Positions 9,295 through 18,912 of a DNA stretch of 64,000 nt are shown piece after piece (positions within the stretch are counted from its first letter, which is position 1; each line of letters begins with the position of its first letter). The notes beneath the pieces are model-generated. The model was not told where the DNA came from. It searched no databases and was given only the letters and a program-made list of their open reading frames with translations. Source of the DNA: Candidatus Latescibacterota bacterium (lineage in GTDB: Bacteria; Latescibacterota; UBA2968; GCA-2709665); assembly GCA_965205485.1 (NCBI GenBank), contig OZ242180.1:4832001-4896000 (forward strand), in the 5' to 3' direction. The position numbers and the translations under genes were made by a program.

Positions 9295-9861
9295 ATGAGA
9301 CGCCTGATACCAACGGCCCTCCTGGTACTCGTTGCCTGCGGCGGCGGCCTCGGACCGGGGCCCCCCGACGGCACGGGAATCAAGGGAACCCTCATCTTCA
9401 ACGGCGATTGGCCGCCGGAGACGGATGACGTGGCTGTGGCGGTCTACCGGCGACGCCCGCAGGTCCTGGCGGATTTCTTCAATATTGCCGGATGGGACAC
9501 AACCGTGACCATCGGGGCGGTCCGTTTCGAGTACTTCGTCCCCCTTGAAGAGCCGGGCGTCTATGAGTGGGTCGTGGTGGCCTGGAGGCCTCGCGGCGGT
9601 TTCTGGAACTTTGACTCTCTGCTCGGATGTTACCACGTTGGCAGCGACACCCTGCCCACGCCGGTGCAGGTTCACCTGGGCGAAACCACGAAGAATGTCG
9701 ATATCCAGACCTATTTCGACCTCGTGCAGGGCGCCGATCGGCCGGATCGGGACATTTGCACAGGTTTTCTGCCTCCTCTGCCTTCTCTTTCCGGGCTCGG
9801 CGCTGCAGGCGGAAACCTCCGGCACGATCGTCGGACGGACAACCGACGAAACGACCGGTGA
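9295..9861 (+). CDS. Hypothetical lipoprotein
   Basis: MRRLIPTALLVLVA-C lipobox from ATG 9295; beta-rich body; upstream of TonB receptor. Confidence 0.7.
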   Translation: MRRLIPTALLVLVACGGGLGPGPPDGTGIKGTLIFNGDWPPETDDVAVAVYRRRPQVLADFFNIAGWDTTVTIGAVRFEYFVPLEEPGVYEWVVVAWRPRGGFWNFDSLLGCYHVGSDTLPTPVQVHLGETTKNVDIQTYFDLVQGADRPDRDICTGFLPPLPSLSGLGAAGGNLRHDRRTDNRRNDR

Positions 9862-11908
9862 ATCGTTGCCGGGCGCGAACGTCGTATTGCTTGGCACGGG
9901 CATCGGAACCGAAACCGGCATCGACGGCGGGTTCCGCCTGGCGGGTCTGCCGCCCGGCGCGTACACCCTGTCCGTTTCGATGCTGGGTTACTCGCCTCGC
10001 GTCATGAAGGACGTTCCGGTTGCGGCGGACGATACCCTGCGGCTTTCCGTCCGACTCGCGCCTTCGCCGATCCGGATGCCCGCCATCGTTGTCTCCGCAA
10101 CCAAACGCGCGCGAAACGCGGTCGACGCACCGACAAGCGTGTCACTCATCGGCGCGGAGGAAATCGAGTCCGACAATTCCGCCACGTTGAACGAATCCCT
10201 GGAATACGTGCCCGGCGTCAATATGGTGGGAGGCCAGGTCAACATCAGGGGGTCCAGCGGTTATTCCCGTGGTACCGGAAGCCGCGTACTCATGCTGATC
10301 GACGGCTTCCCCGCGCTGTCAGCCGATAACGCCGACGTCAAGTGGGACGCCATTCCGATGGACCAGATCGCGCGCGTGGAAATCATCAAGGGCGCCGGCT
10401 CCGCACTCTACGGCACGGGCGCGCTCGGGGGCATCATCAACGTCATAACCCGGAATCCGTCGCCGGAACCAGAGACGCTCTTTCGGTTCCTGGGCGGCCG
10501 ATACAGCGAACCCGGCCATCCGGAGTGGCGCTGGTCGTCGAGCGGGAGATTTTACGAAGGCACGGACGTCAGCCATTCCCGACAGTCCGGGAACACCGGG
10601 TTCATTCTGGGCGCCGGGCAGAAGTGGACCAACGGATTCAGGGAAAACGCGTGGCACAGGAGATACAAGCTCTTCGGCAAACTCAGACACCGGTTCAAGG
10701 CCGCGGCAACGTTGACCGCAACCTGTAACTGGGCGCTGGACGATCACGGAACCTTTGTGCTGTGGAAGGACAGAAACGAGCCCCTGGAGGTGCCGGAGAG
10801 CGCCAGAGGAGACAAGACCGTATCCCAGAAACTGAACCTGAACGTGGATTTCTATCATCTGCTCAATCCCCGAACGGGCTATCGACTCAAGTCTTTCGTG
10901 TATCGAACGGAATTCGACAACGAAATCGGCGGGAGAACGTCGTCGGAAGCGTACAAGATCGGGCAGGAACTCCAGCTGGATCTCCAGCCGGCCGGGAAGG
11001 TGGCGCTGACGGTCGGCGCGCAGTGGATTCACGACATCGTAAACTCGTCAGATCATCTCTTCGGCGACCACACCGGGCTCAACCTGGCGGCCTATGCCCA
11101 GGCCGAAATCGAACCCGCGGACCGGATGACGCTGTCGGCGGGCAGCCGCTACGACCGATATCGCACGGACGAACGGGACGCGGAGATCCGTCTGAGCCCC
11201 AAGCTGGGTTTCTCGTACCGAACATCCGGAAACACCACGTTACGCGGCACCCTGGGATGGGGTTTCAGAGGACCCTCAATCGCCGAAATCTACACCGACG
11301 CCACCTTCTCCGCGATTCCCATTGTTCCCAATACCGGCCTTGTGGCCGAAAGGAGCATCTCCTCCGAAGTCGCGCTGGATCACCGTCCGGCGCCCTGGTC
11401 GGTCATCAGCGCCGCGGCATTCTGGAGCCGCTACCAGGACCTCGTGGAGGCCAGGCCGGACGCCTCCGGCGTCGTGCAGTTCAGGAACGTGGCGAGGGGC
11501 CGTATTGCCGGCGTCGAGGCGAGCCTGGCCGCGGCGATCGATCCGGTTCGCCTGGAAGGAAACTATACGTTGATTCGCGCGATTGAAAACCTGCCGGAGG
11601 GGGACCTTCCGCTGCCCTATCGCCCCCGGCACATCGCCACCGCCGGTCTACAGACCACGTTCGGCCGGCTCAAGCTGGAAGGCCGATTCAGATTCAGAAG
11701 CCGGATCCTGCGCGCATCCGGACTGTTGCCGGAAGGAAACCGCGATCTCATACCGGTCTATCTGGTCGACCTCTCGGCCTCCTGCGCATTCGGCGAGGTC
11801 CAGGTGGTACTGAAGGCGCATAACGCTCTGGAGTACAACTACGCCGTTGTCGAACGCAATCTGGGTTCGCCCAGACGGATTTCGCTCGGCATTACGGCCA
11901 GGCACTGA
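9695..11908 (+). CDS. TonB-dependent receptor with N-terminal carboxypeptidase-regulatory-like domain
   Basis: Signal peptide ...SALQA, TGESLPGANV, VVSATKR, RVEIIKGAGSALYG.GA.GG.IN plug motif, SPKLG, FRGPS; start uncertain. Confidence 0.92.
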   Translation: MSISRPISTSCRAPIGRIGTFAQVFCLLCLLFPGSALQAETSGTIVGRTTDETTGESLPGANVVLLGTGIGTETGIDGGFRLAGLPPGAYTLSVSMLGYSPRVMKDVPVAADDTLRLSVRLAPSPIRMPAIVVSATKRARNAVDAPTSVSLIGAEEIESDNSATLNESLEYVPGVNMVGGQVNIRGSSGYSRGTGSRVLMLIDGFPALSADNADVKWDAIPMDQIARVEIIKGAGSALYGTGALGGIINVITRNPSPEPETLFRFLGGRYSEPGHPEWRWSSSGRFYEGTDVSHSRQSGNTGFILGAGQKWTNGFRENAWHRRYKLFGKLRHRFKAAATLTATCNWALDDHGTFVLWKDRNEPLEVPESARGDKTVSQKLNLNVDFYHLLNPRTGYRLKSFVYRTEFDNEIGGRTSSEAYKIGQELQLDLQPAGKVALTVGAQWIHDIVNSSDHLFGDHTGLNLAAYAQAEIEPADRMTLSAGSRYDRYRTDERDAEIRLSPKLGFSYRTSGNTTLRGTLGWGFRGPSIAEIYTDATFSAIPIVPNTGLVAERSISSEVALDHRPAPWSVISAAAFWSRYQDLVEARPDASGVVQFRNVARGRIAGVEASLAAAIDPVRLEGNYTLIRAIENLPEGDLPLPYRPRHIATAGLQTTFGRLKLEGRFRFRSRILRASGLLPEGNRDLIPVYLVDLSASCAFGEVQVVLKAHNALEYNYAVVERNLGSPRRISLGITARH

Positions 11909-11926
11909 ATCCCGAAGGAGAATTTC

Positions 11927-12895
11927 ATGAAAGCGATTCAAGTTGACCGCACCGGCGGACCCGAAGTCCTATGCTATAAGGACGTACCGAATCCCGAACC
12001 CGGCCCGAACGAGGTACTGGTCAGAATCGATGCCATCGGTCTGAACTATATAGACACCTACCACCGCACGGGCCTTTATCCGCTGGACCTGCCCTTCATT
12101 CCCGGCCTCGAGGCCGCGGGTACGGTGGCGGCCCTGGGTACCGGCGCCACGGACTTCCGGCCGGGAGAACTCGTCGCCTACGCGGGAGTGCCGGGCTCCT
12201 ACGCCGAACTCGTCGCAGCCCCGCAGGAGAGACTCGTCAGACTCCCGGATGGCGTGGATGCCGTTGCCGGCGCGGCCGCGATGCTCCAGGGAATGACCTC
12301 CCACTATCTCGTTCACAGCACCTGCAACGTCCTGGAAGGCGACACCGTTCTCATTCACGCGGCGGCGGGGGGCGTGGGGCTCATTCTGGTTCAGATGGCG
12401 AAGATGCGGGGCGCGCGCGTCATCGGTACGGTGTCAACGGAAGAAAAGGCGCAACTGGCCCGGGACGCCGGAGCGGATGAAGTCATAAGATACACCGAAC
12501 AGGATTTCGAAGCCGAAGTCAAACGGCTCACTGACGGCCGGGGCGTTCACGTCGCATACGACTCGGTGGGTAAAACCACCTGGGAGAAGAGCATGAATTG
12601 CCTGTGTCCAAGGGGCTACCTCGTGCTGTTCGGCAATGCCAGCGGTCCGGTGCCGCCGGTCGATCCGCTGCTGCTTTCCCGTCTCGGCTCGATCTTTCTG
12701 ACGCGACCCACCCTTGTCGACTACACTGCGAACCGGGAAGAGCTGGAGCTTCGGGCCGGGGACGTGCTTGGCTGGATTCAATCCGGGAAGCTCAATCTGC
12801 GGATCGACCGTACCCTGCCACTCTCGGATGCCCGGGAAGCCCACCGGCTGCTGGAAGGCAGACGGACGACGGGTAAAGTGCTCCTGATCCCGTAG
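11927..12895 (+). CDS. qor: NADPH:quinone oxidoreductase (MDR family)
   Basis: GGPEVL, GLNYIDTYHRTGLY, HAAAGGVG, RRTTGKVLL. Confidence 0.92.
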   Translation: MKAIQVDRTGGPEVLCYKDVPNPEPGPNEVLVRIDAIGLNYIDTYHRTGLYPLDLPFIPGLEAAGTVAALGTGATDFRPGELVAYAGVPGSYAELVAAPQERLVRLPDGVDAVAGAAAMLQGMTSHYLVHSTCNVLEGDTVLIHAAAGGVGLILVQMAKMRGARVIGTVSTEEKAQLARDAGADEVIRYTEQDFEAEVKRLTDGRGVHVAYDSVGKTTWEKSMNCLCPRGYLVLFGNASGPVPPVDPLLLSRLGSIFLTRPTLVDYTANREELELRAGDVLGWIQSGKLNLRIDRTLPLSDAREAHRLLEGRRTTGKVLLIP

Positions 12896-13001
12896 ATATA
12901 GAACAAATAGGCGGGCCGAACGAAACGTCCGGCCCGCCGCGCGAATGCGCCGAATCGCGCCCTGGCGAAGGCCGGACGAATTCGGTCCATGTCATGCGGA
13001 A

Positions 13002-13751
13002 TCAGATGCGAATTTCGTGCCTGACGCCACGGATGTCCATCTCGAATTCAATCCCGATCACCGGCGGGCGCGCCAGGTACAACCTGATGCCGTGACGCTG
13101 CGCCGCCCCCACGCCAGGCAACACGACCTCGTCCAGCAGGCGGTCCAGCCGGTGCGCCGTGTAAACGTCCACGGCCGTCACCTCACCCCAGGCCGCTCCC
13201 ACTCCCGCCAGCCTGTCCGTCATCACCTGCACCACGTATGCCGCCTTTTCCATCATCGCGACCGGGCCTGTCTCCCCCCGCCTGACGATGCCGTCGCGCA
13301 CGAGTTCGCCTTCACGCAGTTCACCCGCGCCCGCGATGACGAACGTCCGGCCGTTTTCTTCGCGGCAGGGTACCGTGTACGAAAAACCGTGCATCGTGGT
13401 ATCGTCCGGCGGCTGGTACAAGGGCGCGACATTGGTTCGAGCTACCGGATTCATTCCGTCCACGTGCAGGTCCCAGGATGCCAGGAGTTCGCAGTATTCC
13501 TCGTTGAACCTGATGAATCCGTCCATCGGATGCGGTTTCGGGCAGCGGAGTTCCACACCGCAAAGCGCGTGACGTCCCCGACCCGACCCGCGAAGATGCG
13601 CGTCCACCTTCTCAAACCCCTCGCGCCAGGGAAGCGGTTCCGTCAACGTCGCATGTACGACCTCGTATCCGTTGGCGGCGATGGCGCCGCACGAATAGGG
13701 TTCTATTCCCTTAAGGAATTGATATTGACCTCTTATATTCTCAAAAAGCAT
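13002..13751 (-). CDS. CnbZ-like (aminomuconate deaminase / RidA-fold) protein
   Basis: PYSCG, LCGVELR, NPVARTNVAP, TFVIAGAGE, RPPVIGIEFEMD. Confidence 0.7.
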   Translation of the reverse strand: MLFENIRGQYQFLKGIEPYSCGAIAANGYEVVHATLTEPLPWREGFEKVDAHLRGSGRGRHALCGVELRCPKPHPMDGFIRFNEEYCELLASWDLHVDGMNPVARTNVAPLYQPPDDTTMHGFSYTVPCREENGRTFVIAGAGELREGELVRDGIVRRGETGPVAMMEKAAYVVQVMTDRLAGVGAAWGEVTAVDVYTAHRLDRLLDEVVLPGVGAAQRHGIRLYLARPPVIGIEFEMDIRGVRHEIRI

Positions 13752-13800
13752 AAATATAGACCGCGGCTTTCCGCCACGCGCGAAGCGCGCGCGCCGACGC

Positions 13801-14859
13801 TCAATCCAGGGGATTTTTCAGGTATGCCATCAGCAGCCGGGCCGAGTTGACGATCCCTTTCATCGAACAGATCTCGTACCCGTGTGTATTCTCGCCGGGA
13901 TACGCGATGCAGGCCGACCGGCCGGCCGATCCGGCGCGTTTGGCGATACTGGCGTCGCTCCCGTAGGACGTGACCACCGCCGGCTGCGTATCAAACCCCA
14001 TGCGCGTTGCCAGGGCTTCCAGGTGGCGCAGCGTCCGTTCGTGGTAAACGCCGGTCGCGTCGGCCCAGAGCAGAACCGGACTTCCGCAGTTCCGGATCTG
14101 ATACTCTTCGGCCACGGGTGCTATATCCAGCGCAACGGCCGTCTGGGCCGGCAACTGTCCGATCGAATACGCGGCGCCCTGGGCGCCTATCTCCTCTTCT
14201 GAACTGGCGATGAGATACACGTCATGCGGCGGCGGCGTCTCTGCCAGATGCCTGGCCGCCTCGATCAGAACCGCGAGTCCCGCCCTGCAGTCCAGGTTGT
14301 AACCGCAGATGAAGTCCCCCAGAAACAACGGCGGTTTCCGGGAACGCGCCAGCACCGCCTTGCTGCCTCGATGCACGCCCAGATCCCGCAGTTCCGCGGC
14401 GGTGCGCTTGGTCTCGATCCAGAACTTCCCCCATTCGACCGCCTTGCCGGACTTTAAGGAACCCGCGGGACTCTCATCGGAAACATGCTTGGAGCCCACG
14501 GACAGAATGCCCGTCACCGGCTCACCTTCGGTCAGCACGTCAACCGGCCCTTCGCCGACCGCCCAGGCGTGGAGCCCGCCCAGCGGCCGCACCCGAAGGC
14601 GTCCATCGTCCTGGACGCGCCTGACCATGAGTGAGATTTCGTCCTTGTGCGCCGTGACGGCAACGGGCGGGCCGTCGCCCCGGCCCCTGAAGTGGACCAC
14701 GATGCTCTCGGCCGCATCCTGCCAGACCGACGCGGCGAGGGGACGCACCTCGTCCATCACTATTGCGTCCACTTCGCCTTCCGCCCCCGGCGGAGCATGC
14801 GCCGTAAGAAGCCTTTCCAGCAACTTCATCAGGCGATTTCGATCAACTGACACATCCAT
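13801..14859 (-). CDS. M42-family metallopeptidase
   Basis: TAHKDEI, LDCR, SEEEIG, HGYE metal-ligand motifs. Confidence 0.85.
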   Translation of the reverse strand: MDVSVDRNRLMKLLERLLTAHAPPGAEGEVDAIVMDEVRPLAASVWQDAAESIVVHFRGRGDGPPVAVTAHKDEISLMVRRVQDDGRLRVRPLGGLHAWAVGEGPVDVLTEGEPVTGILSVGSKHVSDESPAGSLKSGKAVEWGKFWIETKRTAAELRDLGVHRGSKAVLARSRKPPLFLGDFICGYNLDCRAGLAVLIEAARHLAETPPPHDVYLIASSEEEIGAQGAAYSIGQLPAQTAVALDIAPVAEEYQIRNCGSPVLLWADATGVYHERTLRHLEALATRMGFDTQPAVVTSYGSDASIAKRAGSAGRSACIAYPGENTHGYEICSMKGIVNSARLLMAYLKNPLD

Positions 14860-14937
14860 CGCAATGCCTCCAGACGATGCCAAAGGGTCACCGCCGTGCA
14901 TCCCGGAATTCGCTGCCGTCCGCGCGGGAGATTTCGC

Positions 14938-14966
14938 TTGACATCAAACGGGAAACACGGAATATT
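14938..14966 (+). promoter_or_regulatory. Possible sigma-70 promoter for sigma factor gene
   Basis: TTGACA-N17-AATATT. Confidence 0.4.
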
Positions 14967-15038
14967 CAATTTGGTTATATAACATATATCCTCCCGCAGG
15001 CTGCATGATCCCGTCCATCATTCGCTGAACCGCCTGAG

Positions 15039-15911
15039 GTGATCTTCGTGGCCAGAAAGAGCGGAATCTACCGCAATGAGGTGAAAGATTCATTGCACCG
15101 CTACCTGGAAGACGTCGCCACGTCTGAGCCGCTGACGTCCCAGGAGGAAGTCTTTCTTGCCCGTCGCATCAAAAAGGGAGACCTCGAAGCCCGCAGGAAG
15201 CTCGTCGAAGCCAACCTTCGATTCGTCATCACCGTGGCCAGGGAGTACCAGAACCAGGGAGTGCCGCTGGCGGACCTGATCAGCGCGGGAAACCTCGGAC
15301 TCATTACGGCGGCGGAAAGATTCGACGAAACCAAGGGCTTCAAGTTCATATCCTATGCGGTCTGGTGGATTCGCCAGTCCATCCTGCAGACGCTGGCCGA
15401 ACATTCCAGGGTCGTGCGTCTACCGCTCAACCGGGTGGACCTTCTGCGCCGCATATCCCGATACGTTAACAACCGGCAACAGGAAACGTCCGGGCGCCCC
15501 CCCGAAGAAGAGATCGCGGAGGAGTTGGGAATCACGGTCGAGCAGGTGGTCGATACCCTTGCCAGCGGACAGCGCATCCTGTCGTTGGACATGACCTTCG
15601 GCGAAGACGAAGAAAACAGCCTCCTGGAAGTCATGACAGACGAAAACCAGGAGTCGCCCGACCATCTCCTCCTGCAGAATTCACTGGAACATGAGATCTT
15701 CGCGGCGCTGGATACGCTTGAAGAAAGGGAACGTGAGGTTATTCGCCTCTATTTCGGCCTGGGCGGCGACGCCGAGATGACCCTGGAGGAAATCGGTATC
15801 CGGTTCAGGCTTACCCGTGAACGCGTGAGGCAGATCAAGGAAAAAGCGCTCCGGAAGCTCCGTCACCCCACTCGCGGCCGGAAACTCATGCCCTATTCAG
15901 ACGGCGCCTGA
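15039..15911 (+). CDS. RNA polymerase sigma-70 factor, RpoD/SigA family (lacks region 1.1)
   Basis: LVEANLRFV, GFKFISYAVWWIRQSI, TLEEIG..TRERVRQIKEKALRKLR. Confidence 0.95.
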   Translation: MIFVARKSGIYRNEVKDSLHRYLEDVATSEPLTSQEEVFLARRIKKGDLEARRKLVEANLRFVITVAREYQNQGVPLADLISAGNLGLITAAERFDETKGFKFISYAVWWIRQSILQTLAEHSRVVRLPLNRVDLLRRISRYVNNRQQETSGRPPEEEIAEELGITVEQVVDTLASGQRILSLDMTFGEDEENSLLEVMTDENQESPDHLLLQNSLEHEIFAALDTLEEREREVIRLYFGLGGDAEMTLEEIGIRFRLTRERVRQIKEKALRKLRHPTRGRKLMPYSDGA

Positions 15912-15934
15912 ACACGGACGTCAATACATGAGCG

Positions 15935-15966
15935 AGGCCGGACGGCAGGAACGTCCGGCCTTTTTT
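15935..15966 (+). terminator. Intrinsic terminator after sigma gene
   Basis: AGGCCGGACG-loop-CGTCCGGCCT followed by T-tract. Confidence 0.8.
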
Positions 15967-15971
15967 GCGTA

Positions 15972-16811
15972 CTATCTTCCCTTCGCGATATCAAGCAGTT
16001 CTTCAGCCGTGGCCCACAGCAGCGGAACGACAAGGTCTTCCTGAACCGAGCCGTCGTGCATACCGCGGTTTCCGCAATCGTCCGCGGCGCGCTCCGGAGA
16101 CTCATGCATGCCATGGTCCGCCACGACGACCACCCCGTATCCGGACGTCGCGAGACCGGCCAGCAGCCCCTTCAGATTCCTGTCCATCCCGGAGGCGGTC
16201 TGCCGGACCTCCGGCGTGTAGGGTCCGTACCGGTGACCCGCTTCGTCCACGTCAAGCAGATGAACAAACGCGAACTCCGGCGAATGTTCGAGGATCAGAC
16301 CGGGAACCCGGGCGTAGATCTCCAGGTCGTTTCGCTCCTTTGCCAGTACCGTCCGGTCGGCAAACCGCTCGACGTCCAGTCCCGCCACATCCCTCTCGTG
16401 GACGGCCATCAACGTCTGCCCGCCGGCGTCCCGCACCCGATTGAAAACGGAATCCATGCGGGGTGACCGGGTCGCCCGGATCATCGTCTGCAGGTCCGTG
16501 ACGCCGTGCGAGGACGGCGACACGCCGGTCAACATGGTTGAAATGCAAATGTAGGTCATCGAGGGCAGCACGGAGTGGATCTCTCGATGCCGAAGGTCCC
16601 CGAGCCGGTTGAGAAACGGCACTTCGCCACGAACATGGGCCCACAGCGACGAGCCGAAACCGTCCACCACCACCAATGCAAGCCGGTCGGCCGCTTGAAG
16701 GGTGTCCACGACTTCATCGATCGGCGCCGCCTCGGCGCCGCGGGGCGCGGTCACGTTGAGCACGCGGGCAATGGTGGAAGCGATCGCCCGCAGATCGACT
16801 GTTTCAGCCAT
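15972..16811 (-). CDS. Alkaline phosphatase / nucleotide pyrophosphatase superfamily protein
   Basis: VVVDGFG, PSMT, DVDEAGH, ADHG. Confidence 0.85.
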   Translation of the reverse strand: MAETVDLRAIASTIARVLNVTAPRGAEAAPIDEVVDTLQAADRLALVVVDGFGSSLWAHVRGEVPFLNRLGDLRHREIHSVLPSMTYICISTMLTGVSPSSHGVTDLQTMIRATRSPRMDSVFNRVRDAGGQTLMAVHERDVAGLDVERFADRTVLAKERNDLEIYARVPGLILEHSPEFAFVHLLDVDEAGHRYGPYTPEVRQTASGMDRNLKGLLAGLATSGYGVVVVADHGMHESPERAADDCGNRGMHDGSVQEDLVVPLLWATAEELLDIAKGR

Positions 16812-18180
16812 CGCACCTCCTCACGTTCAGTACCAGCTGCCTGAACCGATCGCCACGCTCCGTGAAATTGCGAAAGCGGTCGTAGCTTGCCGATGCCGGA
16901 GAAAACAACACCGTACTGCCCGGCCCCGCACGCCTCGCAGCCGCGGACACCGCGTCTTCCAGGGAGCTGACCCTCAGGATGCGTGTCAGGGACCCGGCCG
17001 GCACCGATGCCGCGATCGCGCCCGCCGTCTGGCCGGTCAGTATGAGATGGGACACCCTTCGCCCGATCTGACGTCCAAGCGCGTCAAATGCCAGACCCTT
17101 GTCGTACCCCCCGGCGATCAACACCACGCCCGGCGGAAGGGCCGAGAGCGCCACCTGTGTCCGATCCGGACTTGTCGCAATGGAGTCGTTATAGTACGTG
17201 ACTTCCCGGATTTCGGCAACCCGTTCCAGTCGATGGGGCACGCCCTTGAATGTACGCAGTACGGCCGCAATGTCCGATTCAGCCACGCCATTGGAAAGCG
17301 CCGCCGCGCTGGCGGCCAGCGCGTTTGACAGGTTGTGCCTGCCCGGAAGCGCCACCGCGCCGGCCGGACAGACGGTTCTTTCGGAACGGCCGATCCGGTG
17401 TCGTATCTCGCCATCGACCAGGTAGACGTCGGACCCCGATGCCGTCTGCGCGCTGAATACGATGCGGCGCCCGTCACCGGACCACCGCCGCACTTCAGGG
17501 TCGTCTCCATTCAATACCGCGACTTCCCGTACATCCTGATGCGCGACGATCTGCCGTTTCGCCCGCTTGTAGGCCTCCAGCGAGCCATGTATATCCAGGT
17601 GATTGGGGGCAAAATTCGTAATTACGGCGGTCTGCGGGCTCCATTTCATTTCAGTCAGCCGATCCAGCTGAAAGCTGGAGAGTTCGAGGACGACGCGAGT
17701 GTCTGCCGTGATTTCATCGAGTTCATCCAGTAACGAACCGCCGATATTTCCGCCCACCATCGTCCGTGGGTACCTGCGCCGCATCATCTCCCCGACCAGC
17801 GACGTGGTCGTCGTCTTTCCACTGCTGCCCGTGATTCCCACGACCGGCGCCTTGCAACGCTCCGCAAACAGGCATATCTCCGTTGTTACGGGGATTCCCC
17901 TTTTACCGGCGACATTCAGGAACGGGGAAGACCGGGGGACCCCCGGGTTCGCCACGATCAGGTCCACCGCCCGGAAATCCGCCGCCTCGTGTCCGCCCAG
18001 CCTGTAGACGACCGGCAGCGTATCGAGTGCCTTCAGCGACTCCCGGAGCGCCTCCGCGGGCCGCAGATCGGTAACGGTCACCCGTGCGCCCTCTTTGCAC
18101 AGAAACCGAACCGCACCCACGCCCCCGCCGAACAGGCCAAGGCCCATCACGAGTACCCGCCGCCCGTCCAGCGGCATCAT
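16804..18180 (-). CDS. murD: UDP-MurNAc-L-Ala--D-Glu ligase
   Basis: GITGSSGKTTT, LELSSFQL, NHLD.H, HRLE, NDSIAT, SPASASYD.F.NF.ERG. Confidence 0.95.
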   Translation of the reverse strand: MMPLDGRRVLVMGLGLFGGGVGAVRFLCKEGARVTVTDLRPAEALRESLKALDTLPVVYRLGGHEAADFRAVDLIVANPGVPRSSPFLNVAGKRGIPVTTEICLFAERCKAPVVGITGSSGKTTTTSLVGEMMRRRYPRTMVGGNIGGSLLDELDEITADTRVVLELSSFQLDRLTEMKWSPQTAVITNFAPNHLDIHGSLEAYKRAKRQIVAHQDVREVAVLNGDDPEVRRWSGDGRRIVFSAQTASGSDVYLVDGEIRHRIGRSERTVCPAGAVALPGRHNLSNALAASAAALSNGVAESDIAAVLRTFKGVPHRLERVAEIREVTYYNDSIATSPDRTQVALSALPPGVVLIAGGYDKGLAFDALGRQIGRRVSHLILTGQTAGAIAASVPAGSLTRILRVSSLEDAVSAAARRAGPGSTVLFSPASASYDRFRNFTERGDRFRQLVLNVRRCDG

Positions 18181-18803
18181 GGATCGCTTTCCTCATGCGT
18201 TGAAATCTTTCCACGGGACTCCAGCAACTCCAAGATCTGTTGCGCCGCGTCCCCGGGCGAACATTCGGCCGCCTTGATCACCAGTTCCGGATTCTCCGGC
18301 GGCTCGTAAGGATCCGAGATACCCGTAAAGCCGGGAATTTCTCCGGCCCGCGCCTTTTTGTAGAGCCCCTTGGGGTCCCGTTCCTCGCAGACCTCAAGGG
18401 GTGTGTCGACGAAGACCTCCAGAAATTCCCCTGGATCCAGCATCCCTCGAACGCCGTCCCGGTCGATCCTGTACGGACTCACAAAGCTGCTGATGGCAAG
18501 GATCCCCGCATCAACGAACAGCTTCCCCACCTCGCCGATACGGCGGATGTTTTCCGCCCTGTCTGCAGCCGAGAAACCCAGATTCCTGTTCAGACCATGC
18601 CTGATATTGTCTCCGTCCAGAACATAGGTCAGCCGGCCCCGCGCGGCCAGCGCGTGCTCTGCCGTAAACGCAATGGTACTCTTACCGGAGGACGGCAGGC
18701 CTGTCAGCCACACCAGGCACCCCGCCTGCGCCAACAGGCTCTCCCGTTCCGCTCGACTCACGTGTCCTTCGTGCCATACAATATTCGTCGCTTTCGCTTC
18801 CAC
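18177..18803 (-). CDS. cysC: Adenylyl-sulfate kinase
   Basis: WLTGLPSSGKST, LDGDNIRHGL, RDPKGLY, FTGISDPYE. Confidence 0.96.
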   Translation of the reverse strand: MEAKATNIVWHEGHVSRAERESLLAQAGCLVWLTGLPSSGKSTIAFTAEHALAARGRLTYVLDGDNIRHGLNRNLGFSAADRAENIRRIGEVGKLFVDAGILAISSFVSPYRIDRDGVRGMLDPGEFLEVFVDTPLEVCEERDPKGLYKKARAGEIPGFTGISDPYEPPENPELVIKAAECSPGDAAQQILELLESRGKISTHEESDP

Positions 18804-18912
18804 CGTGAACCGCCTCCCTGTCAGGTGATCTTCAACTCAATCCTGCCATCCGTGCCGCCACGCAATTCGACGGGTGAGCCCGGCCCCACGGGAAGCCGGG
18901 AAGACACGTCGT

